Below, piece after piece: positions 8,049 to 19,381 of a stretch of DNA of 64,000 bases. The stretch's first letter is position 1. Each line of letters begins with the position of its first letter. A model generated the notes under the pieces. That model saw only the letters and a list, made by a program, of their open reading frames with translations, had not been told where the DNA came from and did not search any database. The position numbers and the translations under genes were made by a program. Where the stretch lies: NCBI GenBank assembly GCA_964575955.1, contig CAZNTG010000006.1, forward strand, positions 192,001 to 256,000, given 5' to 3'. The DNA is from an uncultured Thermoproteaceae archaeon (GTDB lineage Archaea > Thermoproteota > Thermoprotei > Thermoproteales > Thermocladiaceae).

Positions 8049-9515
8049 ATGAGAAATGTAGTACTTGTAAGATATGGAGAAATTGCTGTAAAATCTTGGA
8101 GAATTAGAAAACAACTTGAGAAATTACTAGTAAGAAATATATTACAAGGATTAAAACTTGAAAATCTTGAAGATATTGTAGATTTAAGATTAGAGGAAGG
8201 TAGGATATTAATATATGTCAACGATATGTCAAAGATAGAAAATATTCTAAAAATCTTAAGTAGAATCTTTGGAATTAAATCAATATCACCAGCAATTGAG
8301 ATAGAATTTAGAAATTTAGATGATATTGTTAAGATATGTGAAAATTATTGGAAAGACACTGTTAGAGATAGAACATTCGCTATTAGATGTAGGAGAGTTG
8401 GTAAACATGAATTTACTAGTAAAGACGTGGAGAAAGTTGTAGGTGAAGCTCTTAGAAAATATGCAAAAAGAGTAGATTTAGAAAATCCTGAAATTGAAAT
8501 ATTTATAGAAATTAGAAATAATAGAGCATACATATATGATAAGATTATTGAAGGACCTGGAGGATTACCACTAGGTTCAGAAGGTAAGGCATTAGCATTA
8601 GTGTCAGGAGGTTTTGACTCACCAGTAGCTGCATGGTTAGTAATGAAGAGAGGTGTTATTGTAGATTTTCTAACAGTATCACTTGCAGGCGAGCTAGATC
8701 TACTACCTGCTTTGAAAGTTATCTTAAAATTATGTAAAGATTGGTGTATTGGATATAGACCAAAGATATACATTGTACATGCTGAAGATCTTGTAAATGA
8801 AATTCGTAAAAAAGTGAAGATAGAACTTTGGAATGTAGTATATAAGAGATGTCTATACTACATAGCTGATTACATATGTAGAAACTACAGATCGTATAGA
8901 GCTATAGTTACAGGTGACGTTATTGGTCAAGTATCAACACAGACATTAGATAACCTATACAGCACATCTATAGGAATAACAACTCCAATAATTAGACCAT
9001 TAGCAGGATTTGATAAAGATGATATAATACAACTATCTAAGAAGATAGGAACATATGAATTAAGTATTGAAGTATCTGAATATTGTGCAATATTTTCAGA
9101 AAAACCAAAAACTTGGACAACACCTGAAGAAGTAGATTTAGAATTTTATAAAGTTAAGAGATGTCTAGATAACATAGTCAGAAACAATATTGAAGAAGTT
9201 AATATAGAAGTAGTAGAAACAATAATAAGATCTATAGAAAGTAAAGTTAAAGATATAGATATAGAAACTATAGATAGTGTAGATCATAGAGCAATATTAC
9301 TAGATGTAAGACCTAGAAAAGATTTTAAATTAAAGATAAGTAACAGTAATATTCAAGTTGTTGAAACTAACATTGATGAAGTTTTTAAGGTAGTTGAGAA
9401 GTATGGTAAAGAACCTACATACCTCATATATTGCAAATCTCCACTGGTATCAAGATATGTTGCTTTAAAACTTAGAGAACAGGGATATAATGCCTATAGT
9501 GTGTTAAGAATTTAA
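8049..9515 (+). CDS. thiI: tRNA 4-thiouridine synthase ThiI with C-terminal rhodanese domain
   Basis: VRYGEI, THUMP domain, GGLPLG, SGGFDS PP-loop, GQVSTQTL, RPL; rhodanese tail LLDVRP...YLIYC. Confidence 0.93.
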   Translation: MRNVVLVRYGEIAVKSWRIRKQLEKLLVRNILQGLKLENLEDIVDLRLEEGRILIYVNDMSKIENILKILSRIFGIKSISPAIEIEFRNLDDIVKICENYWKDTVRDRTFAIRCRRVGKHEFTSKDVEKVVGEALRKYAKRVDLENPEIEIFIEIRNNRAYIYDKIIEGPGGLPLGSEGKALALVSGGFDSPVAAWLVMKRGVIVDFLTVSLAGELDLLPALKVILKLCKDWCIGYRPKIYIVHAEDLVNEIRKKVKIELWNVVYKRCLYYIADYICRNYRSYRAIVTGDVIGQVSTQTLDNLYSTSIGITTPIIRPLAGFDKDDIIQLSKKIGTYELSIEVSEYCAIFSEKPKTWTTPEEVDLEFYKVKRCLDNIVRNNIEEVNIEVVETIIRSIESKVKDIDIETIDSVDHRAILLDVRPRKDFKLKISNSNIQVVETNIDEVFKVVEKYGKEPTYLIYCKSPLVSRYVALKLREQGYNAYSVLRI

Positions 9516-10537
9516 TATTTAACAATCTCACCATTATATGCTCTAACTATTATATTTCCATCACCTCTCTCTACTCTTCCAACTATATAAGCCTTGTAGT
9601 TATATCTTTTACATATCTTAAATATCTCTTCAACATTTTCCTTACTTGCTATTAATACCATTCCAATACCCATGTTAAATACTCTATACATCTCGTACAT
9701 ACTTACATTTCCAATCTTCTGTATTAATTTGAATATTGGCATTGGTTCAGGTAGATTATCTATTACAATATCATATTTAGAATCTTGTATTAGTCTTCTG
9801 AGCTTACTATATGCACCACCTGTTATATGTGCTGCTCTTTTTATCAAACCTTTTGAGTATAGTTCTAAGACCAGTTCGCTATATATGTATGTTTCTCTTG
9901 AAAGTTCTTCTCCTAATGTTCTCCCTAGTTCATCAATATAGGTCTCTAGACTAAACTTCTGTAGTAGGACTTTTCTAGCTAATGTTAGACCATTTGCATG
10001 TATTCCATTACTTTCAATACCTATAACAACATCATCTACTTCTATACTACTTGGATTATATTGTCTTAATCCAATCATGAAGCAGCATATGTCTACACTA
10101 TTTAATACATCTGTCATTATTGCTGTCTCACCACTAGTAATTACACATTTTCCAACTATAGATGCTCTATATGCACCATCCATTATCTGTTTAAAACTTT
10201 CTTCATCAGATTTTGGTAGAGCTATGTATAGTGAGGCTGCTAGTGGTCTAAAACCTTCAACACAGATATCGTTTAGATTCATTGCTAATGCATCCCAACC
10301 TGCAACCCACAGTTTATTCATCTTCTCTAAAATAATCACTTTTGTACCAACACCATCAGCATGTAGACATAGCTCAACATTACCAATCTTAATACTTGAT
10401 GCATATGTTGAAATTCCACTAACCTGAACATTCAATTCTTCAGATAGTCTTCTAATTATCTCATGAGCTATCTCATGCATCTTCCTGTGCTTATCAAGAT
10501 CAACTCCAGCTTTAGCATAAGTCCAAGATTCAGACAT
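9512..10537 (-). CDS. purM: Phosphoribosylformylglycinamidine cyclo-ligase (AIR synthase)
   Basis: TYAKAGVD, DGVGTK, GETA, SNGIHANG, AHITGG, FNMGIG. Confidence 0.95.
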   Translation of the reverse strand: MSESWTYAKAGVDLDKHRKMHEIAHEIIRRLSEELNVQVSGISTYASSIKIGNVELCLHADGVGTKVIILEKMNKLWVAGWDALAMNLNDICVEGFRPLAASLYIALPKSDEESFKQIMDGAYRASIVGKCVITSGETAIMTDVLNSVDICCFMIGLRQYNPSSIEVDDVVIGIESNGIHANGLTLARKVLLQKFSLETYIDELGRTLGEELSRETYIYSELVLELYSKGLIKRAAHITGGAYSKLRRLIQDSKYDIVIDNLPEPMPIFKLIQKIGNVSMYEMYRVFNMGIGMVLIASKENVEEIFKICKRYNYKAYIVGRVERGDGNIIVRAYNGEIVKY

Positions 10538-10688
10538 AGCTAATATTGTTGTTATAGACTAACTATTAATTGATTAATTCTTACCATAATTCTTATCATG
10601 TATCTACATAGTAAGTATTCCATATCATAGTGTACCAACTTTTAGATTTTAAACATTTAATACATTGACAAATGTTCCTAATCTACGC

Positions 10689-11135
10689 ATGGAGCTCTGT
10701 GTTGTTTCCTGTGGTAAGAAGAAGATTTGGGATGTAAATAAGAATGCTCCAAAGAGAGTACCTGCTAAAAATGCGTATATTGGTATGTTAACTAGATTAG
10801 CTATAAGATATGCAGAGAAGTTCTATCCTGGTAGATGGGTTATACTATCTGCAAAATACGGTTTTCTACTTCCAGATGAGGAAATTGAATATTATGATGT
10901 TGAACTTGTTAAAGTAACTAGACAGTATGTGGAGATGTTGAAGAAGCAGATAGTTGAGAAAGGGTTAGATAAGTTTAGTAAGGTAGTTGTTTTAGGTGGT
11001 AAAAAATATGTACAGGCATGCATATTAGCGTTTGATAATAAAGTTGTTGTAGATCTCTTCTCTGGATTAGGACTTTTTGATAGAATTAGACTACTCTCAA
11101 ATGCTTTAAAGAATAATACTGTGATTATTAGATAG
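10689..11135 (+). CDS. DUF6884/YaaA-like protein
   Basis: VVSCGKKKIW, PAKNAY, WVILSAKYG, YD and LGGKKY motifs; start taken at ATG 10689. Confidence 0.7.
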   Translation: MELCVVSCGKKKIWDVNKNAPKRVPAKNAYIGMLTRLAIRYAEKFYPGRWVILSAKYGFLLPDEEIEYYDVELVKVTRQYVEMLKKQIVEKGLDKFSKVVVLGGKKYVQACILAFDNKVVVDLFSGLGLFDRIRLLSNALKNNTVIIR

Positions 11136-11137
11136 TT

Positions 11138-11995
11138 TTACTCTTCTTCCTCTTCTTCAACTACAACTCTCTTCTTAGTCTCAGGTGCTTCCTGTACGGC
11201 TTTCTTCATAACTTTAACTTCTTCCTCAGGTAGTTTCTCAATTATTACTCCACCTCTGGTAAACTTGATATATTTATCCCATTGAATTCTCAATCCCTTA
11301 TCTGTAATCTCTAGTGGATGTCTACGCATACTATGTCTTGTAGCTCTCATTTTCCACACTATTACTGATCTGTAAAGTTCACCATCATACTCATCTAGGT
11401 CTAGTCTAATTATTCCATCTACAGCATGTTCAACTCCTGGACCTCCAAAACCTCTCTCACCTGCAGATACCTGACTTACAAATATTGCAGTACATCCTAG
11501 ACCTGCAATAACTCTCTTCAATAACATTATTACTGATCTTGCAACTGCAGGTTTTGTTAGGTATAGTGTAGATACTGAATCAATAACTACTCTAACAGCA
11601 TCAACCTCCTTAATCGCCTGTCTTAATACGTCAATCATCTCTCTAACATCATCAGGATTCTTAACAACATATTTCTCACGTTCAGCATATCTACCAATAC
11701 CTCCTGTAAATGCGTCTATTAGTGCAAATTTACCATCTTGTTCAAATTTTGTAATATCCCAACCAAAATGTTTAAAACTTCTTCTAACAGATGCAGGATG
11801 TTCTTCCAATGCGACAAATACGCCTGGTTCACCTTCAACAAGTCCATTATATAGAAATTGCATACCCATAATAGACTTACCTGTACCTGGACCACCACTT
11901 ACAAGTACTATGTTTCTCTCAGGTATACCTCCATAGAGTATTTCATCTAGACCGGGTATTCTAGTTCTAACTCTTCTAACGACTTCTGAACTCAT
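11138..11995 (-). CDS. Single-domain KaiC-like RecA-superfamily ATPase
   Basis: [11 protein letters not shown], Walker [35 protein letters not shown]. Confidence 0.92.
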   Translation of the reverse strand: MSSEVVRRVRTRIPGLDEILYGGIPERNIVLVSGGPGTGKSIMGMQFLYNGLVEGEPGVFVALEEHPASVRRSFKHFGWDITKFEQDGKFALIDAFTGGIGRYAEREKYVVKNPDDVREMIDVLRQAIKEVDAVRVVIDSVSTLYLTKPAVARSVIMLLKRVIAGLGCTAIFVSQVSAGERGFGGPGVEHAVDGIIRLDLDEYDGELYRSVIVWKMRATRHSMRRHPLEITDKGLRIQWDKYIKFTRGGVIIEKLPEEEVKVMKKAVQEAPETKKRVVVEEEEEE

Positions 11996-12351
11996 AATTT
12001 AAATGAAGTTGGAGAGGTTATAAGTCCTTGTAGGATGTCAATTGTCATTAAAGTCTCGATTCTAATAGCATTTGCATGTGGTGCATATATATACCACTCT
12101 TGAATAGGTAAACTCTTTTTCAATCTTCTAACTAGCTCATTTAGAGTTTCTAACTTCATAGGTTTTGAATGGTATATCTTTATACTTAACTTATATAGAG
12201 ATCCTACCTGTATTGGAGATATACCAACTCTGACAAATCTTAATGATTGTGGTTCTTCTTTCTTCAAAAATTCTACAACTGCCTTACGTATAGATCCTTG
12301 AAGTTTTGAAATATATCTCTCAACCTGTCTTAATCTTTCAGTACTCACCAA
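11992..12351 (-). CDS. Hypothetical protein
   Basis: Overlaps both neighbours in operon style; no family recognised. Confidence 0.7.
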   Translation of the reverse strand: MVSTERLRQVERYISKLQGSIRKAVVEFLKKEEPQSLRFVRVGISPIQVGSLYKLSIKIYHSKPMKLETLNELVRRLKKSLPIQEWYIYAPHANAIRIETLMTIDILQGLITSPTSFKL

Positions 12352-14645
12352 GATCCAGCAAGTGTTACATCTATTAATTTTCTTACTCTATAATCAAGAT
12401 CTAGTACACGTAGTAGTTCTCTATTACCTACAAGACTAGACTGTACATTGTATACACCTGCAGCACCTGCAAGTAGTGCTATCTCACGTTTAAGACCTAT
12501 CATAACTTTACACAGCTTTTCACAAAATAGATCTCTACTCTCATTTCCTCTAAATATGAACTTGAGCATATACCCAACCTCAACAGCATCTGCACCTAGA
12601 GCTATCAATTTTACAATATCTCCTGCATCTCTAACTTTATGATAATTAACAATAATACTCTTATAATATCTAACACCATACTCTCTAAGCTTCTTATCTA
12701 GCCATACTAAGCAAATTTCTAAATCTTTATCTTTTGAAAGTTCTGAATTTATTATAAATCCATCAACATTCTCTAAAACATCTCTACTTAAAATATTCTC
12801 AATATACTCCACATCTGGTGGTACTTCTAGAATTGATATTTTTCCACTATTCTTAACCTCAATACACCTATCAACATCTCTAGAAACTACATATCTATAT
12901 TTTAAATGTCTTGAAATTATGTGATCTCTATGTACGTCAGGTTGTGCATCTATGTGAGATATGTCTAATAGTGTATTTAGTGAATGTGCTATGAATGCGT
13001 ATGCATCAACATACTTAACATGTTCAGGTATTGGTCTGAGTATTATTGGCATACTTATAGTAGTATTTCCAAATAGTGTAAATTCTAGATCAACATATTC
13101 TCTATATGGGTCTATTGATGGTCGTGTAACTTGTGCACCATCTAGTCTTAACCAATCAAGTATTTTTCTAGGCTTTTCAACTTCTGGTGGTGCATCACTA
13201 CCAGCACCAATAACTACAATATCTCCATCTTCTGCGATTTTTGTATAATATAGTCTATATTTCTCCCTAAGAAATTCACTATCACCTTCATCATACTTGT
13301 ATGGTAGTGGTGTTGAATCTCTAATTTCTCCAAGTCTTAGAATTTTATTAACTTCCTCATCAATGTTATATCCAACTAGTAGATCTCTTCTACCTACAAG
13401 TTCTCTTAAACTTTTCAATCCTAGATGTTTGAGTATTAGTTTTAATTCTGCTAGAAATCCTTTCATGAAGTTGTACAATTTTTCAATTGCAAAATCTAGA
13501 TCTACAACTTTTGAACCGTCTGTTAGGCTGCTTGCTAGTCCTGCAGGACATCTACCTAGATTGCATGTATGGCACATTATACATCCCATAGCTATTAATC
13601 CTGCTGTTCCAATACTCACCATATCTGCACCTAGTGCTATTAATTTTGCTGCATCATCTGCAGATGATATTCTTCCTGATGCTATTATTGTGAATCCTTC
13701 TCTCAATCCTTCTCTTCTCAATATTGCATCTGCAGCTGCAACTGCAAGTTCTATAGGTATGCCAACGTGATCTCTAACTACTATAGGTGTTGCTCCTGTA
13801 CCTGCACCATGACTATCAATTATAACTCCATCAGCACCCATCCTAGCAATTCCAGATACAATATATGGAACGTAGTTTGTAGCTGCAACTTTAACAAATA
13901 CAGGTTTTCCAGTAGCTTCTTTTAAAGCCCATATTCTCTGTCCAAGATCTTCAATACTGTAAATATCGTGATGTGGTGCTGGTGAGAGAGCATCAACACC
14001 GGGAGGTATTCTACGTACACGAGATATTATGTGCGTAACTTTACTACCTGGTAAGTGACCTCCAATTCCAGGTTTTGCACCTTGACCAATCTTTATAGTC
14101 ACTCCCATACCCTTATTCAATACCTCAATATCAATTCCAAATCTTGCAGATGCCCATTGTACAAAAAATCTTCTATATCTCTCACCAATAACAGGATGTA
14201 GACCACCTTCACCAAGACCACTGATTGCCTTTATCTTCTCAGCAACATCTACAAATGCGATATTTGGATTACCACATAATGCTCCAAAAGACATATCTGC
14301 AAAATATATTGGTGCTTCAAGAACTATAGCATCTACAGGCTCTTCTTCAGGATCTTCAAAATCTGGTATTGTTCTCATCTTTATAATATGTGTAAGATCG
14401 ATATCTCTATACTCACTCTCTGGTACATCTTCAACATCTATCTCATTTTCAAAACCTCTAAACTTAATTCTATCTAAAATTCTATATACATGTATTGTCC
14501 TTCTAAATATCTTCCAAGGTCTTCCAGTAGTGGCTAATCTTCTAATATGCTCAATCTTATCACTACACCAAAACTCCTTATCAGGTCCCTTAGGTACATA
14601 TTTGTGATATTCCTTAATATATTGAACATTAGAGGTTATCCACAT
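12345..14645 (-). CDS. gltB: FMN-binding glutamate synthase family protein (archaeal GltB) with duplicated, degenerate C-terminal barrel
   Basis: MSFGAL, GEGG, QWASARFG, IKIGQGAKPGIGGHLPG, SPAPHHDIYSIEDL, CIMCHTCNLGRCPAG; second half restarts with AQVTRPSIDP. Confidence 0.88.
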   Translation of the reverse strand: MWITSNVQYIKEYHKYVPKGPDKEFWCSDKIEHIRRLATTGRPWKIFRRTIHVYRILDRIKFRGFENEIDVEDVPESEYRDIDLTHIIKMRTIPDFEDPEEEPVDAIVLEAPIYFADMSFGALCGNPNIAFVDVAEKIKAISGLGEGGLHPVIGERYRRFFVQWASARFGIDIEVLNKGMGVTIKIGQGAKPGIGGHLPGSKVTHIISRVRRIPPGVDALSPAPHHDIYSIEDLGQRIWALKEATGKPVFVKVAATNYVPYIVSGIARMGADGVIIDSHGAGTGATPIVVRDHVGIPIELAVAAADAILRREGLREGFTIIASGRISSADDAAKLIALGADMVSIGTAGLIAMGCIMCHTCNLGRCPAGLASSLTDGSKVVDLDFAIEKLYNFMKGFLAELKLILKHLGLKSLRELVGRRDLLVGYNIDEEVNKILRLGEIRDSTPLPYKYDEGDSEFLREKYRLYYTKIAEDGDIVVIGAGSDAPPEVEKPRKILDWLRLDGAQVTRPSIDPYREYVDLEFTLFGNTTISMPIILRPIPEHVKYVDAYAFIAHSLNTLLDISHIDAQPDVHRDHIISRHLKYRYVVSRDVDRCIEVKNSGKISILEVPPDVEYIENILSRDVLENVDGFIINSELSKDKDLEICLVWLDKKLREYGVRYYKSIIVNYHKVRDAGDIVKLIALGADAVEVGYMLKFIFRGNESRDLFCEKLCKVMIGLKREIALLAGAAGVYNVQSSLVGNRELLRVLDLDYRVRKLIDVTLAGSW

Positions 14646-14727
14646 TTAGGTGAAGTTCAGAATCGCATAAGAGATATTTAACTGTTAAGGTAGGAATATA
14701 TTTTAAGTAGACTAATATTGTAGTAAC

Positions 14728-15606
14728 GTGTCAATAACATATCAAATTCCTGAGGATGTCAAGAAGATGTTAGATGTAGTTAAGGATAAGTTGAGAGAAT
14801 TTCTAGATATTGAATACTTGAAAACTGGCAGGGTTAGAGAAATTGAAAAGCTTTGGCTAGCATTAGAATTTCCTGAGTATATAAGGTATAGAGATACTGA
14901 GTGGAATCCACATAGTGTTGAACTTACAAGATATGAAGATGACATTGTTAGATTTATGACAACATATCTCAGAGGTGTAATACCTGATGAAGCAATATAT
15001 ACATCAGATCTAGCATATATAATAAAGTTTAGCTCTACATCATTAAGAGTTAAAGATATAATATATCAAGCAATGGTAGAAATATTACAAACGTTAGAAG
15101 AGATTAAGAAGATATATGTTGAGGATGTTAAAAAGAATTTAAAATTTTTAAGTAGGGAAAGTAAAGAACTTGCATTAACACTATATCTAGATGGTGATAT
15201 TGTTAGAGATGGTAAACTCATACTAATAAATACATATCTTGAGACAGTCTTTATGCCAACTATAAAGATAATATTTAGAAGAAAAGATATTGATGAAACT
15301 AAGCTTAAAGATGCAGTTTCAGAACTTGTAAAGTATGGATTTATAGCACATGCATCTTGGAAATATATGAACATGCTATTTAACATGTATGTAATACCAC
15401 CATTCCTGACAGATCTATGGAAAGAACTTCCACTACATCTAGATATTGCAATACCAAAATTTAGAGCTGTTGAGATAGAACAGAGAAAGATAATTAATGA
15501 ACTTATAGAAAATATAGATAGGTTAATAAGAGAGGGTAAGAGTGATGAAGCATTAAGTAGATTATCAGAATTGAAAAGTGTGATAGATAGAGTATTACTA
15601 ATGTGA
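14728..15606 (+). CDS. Hypothetical protein
   Basis: 292-aa ORF with typical codon usage; no family recognised. Confidence 0.75.
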   Translation: MSITYQIPEDVKKMLDVVKDKLREFLDIEYLKTGRVREIEKLWLALEFPEYIRYRDTEWNPHSVELTRYEDDIVRFMTTYLRGVIPDEAIYTSDLAYIIKFSSTSLRVKDIIYQAMVEILQTLEEIKKIYVEDVKKNLKFLSRESKELALTLYLDGDIVRDGKLILINTYLETVFMPTIKIIFRRKDIDETKLKDAVSELVKYGFIAHASWKYMNMLFNMYVIPPFLTDLWKELPLHLDIAIPKFRAVEIEQRKIINELIENIDRLIREGKSDEALSRLSELKSVIDRVLLM

Positions 15607-15655
15607 TGATAGAGCCCCTTACTGAAGAAGTGATGTAAAGAGCCACCGACACTGA
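15603..15655 (+). ncRNA. Box C/D methylation guide sRNA
   Basis: C GTGATGA (overlaps the upstream stop), guide TAGAGCCCCTTA, D' CTGA, C' GTGATGT, guide AAAGAGCCACCGACA, D CTGA; fills the gap between two convergent genes. Confidence 0.85.
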
Positions 15656-16213
15656 CTAATCAACATCATGATACTCTTCTAACATTCTAACAACATTATC
15701 ATCACTATACTCAAAATAATTCTTCTCAAATTCAATAACACCTTTACTATAATTTTCTAATCTCTCATAATTAATCTTCAAAAATTCTAAACCCCATTTA
15801 AAACAACTTAATACCTCATATGCAAGATCTTTAAAACCTGTTATATATAGAGTAGCTGCAATAGCTTCAGCTGATGTTAACATGTATGGCTTACCGTAAT
15901 GCGATGGATTTGCTGAAATTAGAAAAGGTAATCTTCTATGATATCCTCTTAAGAATCTTCTAACTCTAGCAAATGTATGTAAAGACTTACTCCAAGAGCA
16001 GTCAATAACTAGAATACCTCTTCTCAAAACTATATCACGATCATCAGGTTTTACAGGTTCTCTAACAAATGGATTTAATATCAATAATCCTCTAGGAACT
16101 TCTCTAACATCAGTTACTAGATGTACAAGACCTCTCTTAGCTAATCTTAAAGCTGTATTCTTCTTCGGATCATCCTGTCTTAAATATAGAACTACTATCT
16201 TAACACTATCCAC
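15656..16213 (-). CDS. tsr3: 16S rRNA aminocarboxypropyltransferase Tsr3
   Basis: QDDPKKNTA, DCSW, RRLPFLISANP-HYG, AEA, FKWG-EF. Confidence 0.92.
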   Translation of the reverse strand: MDSVKIVVLYLRQDDPKKNTALRLAKRGLVHLVTDVREVPRGLLILNPFVREPVKPDDRDIVLRRGILVIDCSWSKSLHTFARVRRFLRGYHRRLPFLISANPSHYGKPYMLTSAEAIAATLYITGFKDLAYEVLSCFKWGLEFLKINYERLENYSKGVIEFEKNYFEYSDDNVVRMLEEYHDVD

Positions 16214-16253
16214 AGCTTAATTTTTAATTTACAAAAATTTAAACATACGCTAA

Positions 16254-16646
16254 GTGACGTGTAGAGGACTTGTAAAAGTATTATATTCAACTCTAGGTAA
16301 AGTATACATAGATAGTGAAGATGTGTACAGACTAGTTAAATATTGTAAATATAGAGATGTTTCAGGTAGATTCTTTGGAATACTTGAACTTACTCTAGAA
16401 TCAATACTTTCAAAATTAAGAAGATTTCCAATACCTGGTATAATCTTTAGAGGAATAATAGTTCAGAATAGTATTAAGTTTACAATTTACTGTTCAGTAG
16501 ATTCTAAAAATCTTGATATAGATATATTACCAATACTCTACCTTGATGATTATGTAGTTATTAACTGTAGATTTATAGATGTTGAGATAAGGTCATTAAT
16601 AGCGTGTAGTGATGTTATGGTATGTTTAGAGTTTACCACTATTTAA
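16254..16646 (+). CDS. Hypothetical protein
   Basis: 130-aa ORF filling the gap, divergent from tsr3. Confidence 0.55.
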   Translation: MTCRGLVKVLYSTLGKVYIDSEDVYRLVKYCKYRDVSGRFFGILELTLESILSKLRRFPIPGIIFRGIIVQNSIKFTIYCSVDSKNLDIDILPILYLDDYVVINCRFIDVEIRSLIACSDVMVCLEFTTI

Positions 16647-18963
16647 CATACCTGCAACAATTACAGCTTGTCCAAATGATATTCCTCCATCATTTACAGG
16701 AACTTTACTTGGAAGAATCAGTTTAAGACCTGTATTCGATATCTCATCTTCAACTCCTTTCATGATTATCTCATTAACAGCAGCTCCTCCTGACATGACT
16801 ACAATATTTCTACTTCTATTGCTTAGGATTTTGCATATTTTTCCAAATGCTCTACCAAGATTGTACTGTACTGCATATGCTATCTCACATATGTCTAAAC
16901 CTTCAATATAGTACTCATATACCTGTCTAAATGCTTCTACAGTATCTATAACATACTTCCCGTCATTATACACTATTGGAAATTCTATATCGATACTTCT
17001 TCTCCTAGCTTTCAATCCACATGCTTCTAATTTCATAGCTGGCTCACCTTCATATGTTCTTACACCACATATGCCTAATAGTGTTGATACTGCATCTAGA
17101 AATCTTCCAGTGCTTGATGTATATATTTTCTCTCTTTCATACAATTTTGACAATATTTCAATCTCATCAACACCATACTTTAAGTATTTTGTAAGTCCTG
17201 TCTTTATCAATATTTTACATGCTTCATCTATACCATACACCTCTGCCAAGTATGATAGTACCATTCTAGCGGGATATTCTGTTGCTAAATCACCTCCAAG
17301 CATTTTTACATATTTTAAATGTCCGATTCTCACATAGTTGTCATATTTAGCTATGAGTATTTCACCACCCCAAATATTGCCATCTTCTCCAAATCCGACA
17401 CCATCTATAGCAATTCCAATAACTTCTCTATCAGGATGAATTCCATAGTCAGCCATCGCTGATGCTATATGAGCCCAGTGATGTTGTACTTTTACATGTT
17501 TTATATTAAATTCTCTTGAAATTTCAGATGCGAGTCTAGTTGTATCATATTGTGGATGTAGATCTGAAACTACGATACTTTTATCATTAATCTCTATTCT
17601 CAACATATTCATTATTTTAAATATATACTTTCTAAGATCTTCAAGTGTTTCAAAATCATCACAATCACCTATGTACTGTGTTAATACTACCTTATCTTCA
17701 AACATTATAGCTCCAACATTTTGAAGTAGTGCACCTACAGCGATTATGTATGTATCTTCAGGAATTTCTAATGGTACCTTTATCCAGTATGGTGCATATC
17801 CTCTACTTCTTCTAAGTAGTATTGCTCTTCTATTACTAATTCTGAGTACACTATCATCAACTCTATTAACAATCTCTCTATTATGTAGTAAGAAGTAGTC
17901 TACAATATCTTTCAACTTCTTCAATGCTTCATTATTGTCAATACACATTGGCTTTCCATGAACGTTACCGCTTGTCATAATTGCAAACCTATCTTTCAAT
18001 TCCATAAGTATTAAGTAGTGTAGTGGTGTATATGGTAGAAATATTCCAACATGTGCTAACCCTGGAGCTACATATCTTGATAATGGTGAATCTTCTCTAA
18101 CTGGTAGAAGAACTATAGGTCTTTGTACAGACTTTAATATCTTCTCAGCATAATCATCAATATATGCCAATCTTCTCCCAACATCAACGTCGAGAACCAT
18201 AACTGCAAAAGGTTTTTCAGGTCTTCTCTTTCTTCTCCTCAACTTTAATACAACATCATCATCACTAGCAAGACATGCAATATGAAAACCTCCAATACCC
18301 TTAATAGCTACAATATACCCCTCATCAATTAACTTAGCAGTCTCTCTGATAGGATCTTCACATTCAATCCTCTCACCATTTCTATCTACAAGCCATAGTT
18401 TTGGACCACATATCTTACATGAAATTCCCTGTGCATGAAATCTCCTAATGTTATTAGGATCTTCATACTCTGCAAGACAATCTTTACAGAGTGGAAAATC
18501 TTTCATAGCAGTATTCTCCCTATCCCACGGTGTGTTATACATCATTGAAAATCTAGGTCCACACACAACGCAGGAATTGAATGCATACCTATATCTTCTA
18601 TAATCGTTAATATTCAACACTTCTCTTAGACATTCATCACATACTGCAAAGTCTGGAGGTATTGCTGATCTTTTCAACTTTATTGAAGAGCTTTTCAATA
18701 TCCTAAAATCTTCATATCCCAATGGTTCAACTTTTTCAACATGTACCTTATCAATAATAAATGATTCTGGTTTCTCTTTCCAGAAGTATTTGAAAAATTT
18801 CTCTATCTCTCCTCTACTACCTTCAATATATATCTCAACCTCAGCACCACCTCTATTCCTTATATATCCTCTAACATTAGCTTTTTTAGCTATCCTATAT
18901 ATAAATGGTCTGAAACCCGATACCTTGCACAAGTCCGATCATGATTACTCTATACGCTTCCAC
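16626..18963 (-). CDS. hypF: Hydrogenase maturation carbamoyltransferase HypF, with a +1 frameshift near the 5' end
   Basis: Zn fingers (CDEC, CVVCGPRF, CKDC, CKICGP), KGIGGFH, RRSRGYAP, DLHP, QHHWAH, DGVGFG, STGRFLD, NDGGISFGQ. The N-terminal MEAYRVIMIGLVQGIGF starts at GTG 18963 in a different frame from RPFIY. Confidence 0.93.
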
Positions 18964-19087
18964 GTAGGTGTAATATACATATCTAATATTTAAGTAGTTC
19001 CACATTAGGTATCTAGTGTTATCATTGTGGTTTGATGTACATAAAACAATGCTTATTAGACAGCTAAGTTAATAATACACGTGATTC

Positions 19088-19381
19088 ATGTGTAGCAATC
19101 AAACACAAATTCTAAGAAGGATGATTACCTTTCTAGAGAAACTCTCTCAGGAAGACGTGTACATTAGAATAATATTATCAATAGCCATATCAGAACATGG
19201 ATGTCTATCCCTTCGAGGTCTCTCACGAGCTGTATCTATGTCTCCAAAAAATGTTAAGAAGTATGTGTTAAAACTTGAAAAGCTTGGTCTTGTTAGAATT
19301 GAACAACCTCATGAAAAACTCTTCCTAATATATCTAGATCCCTCATTAGAGTGGTTGAGAGTTTTAATGAAATCAAAATAG
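19088..19381 (+). CDS. Winged-helix transcriptional regulator (ArsR/MarR-like)
   Basis: LSLRGLSRAVSMSPKNVKKYVLKLEKLGLV wHTH pattern. Confidence 0.8.
   Translation: MCSNQTQILRRMITFLEKLSQEDVYIRIILSIAISEHGCLSLRGLSRAVSMSPKNVKKYVLKLEKLGLVRIEQPHEKLFLIYLDPSLEWLRVLMKSK

Noticed and set aside
7991-8221. N-terminal extension of the tRNA-binding ORF
   Set aside because: Antisense to the thiI start; family similarity begins at MEKISY (7990).
10689-11135. Functional link between the DUF6884-like gene and the DpdA-like pseudogene
   Set aside because: They are ~8 kb apart and separated by core genes; no evidence of a shared locus.
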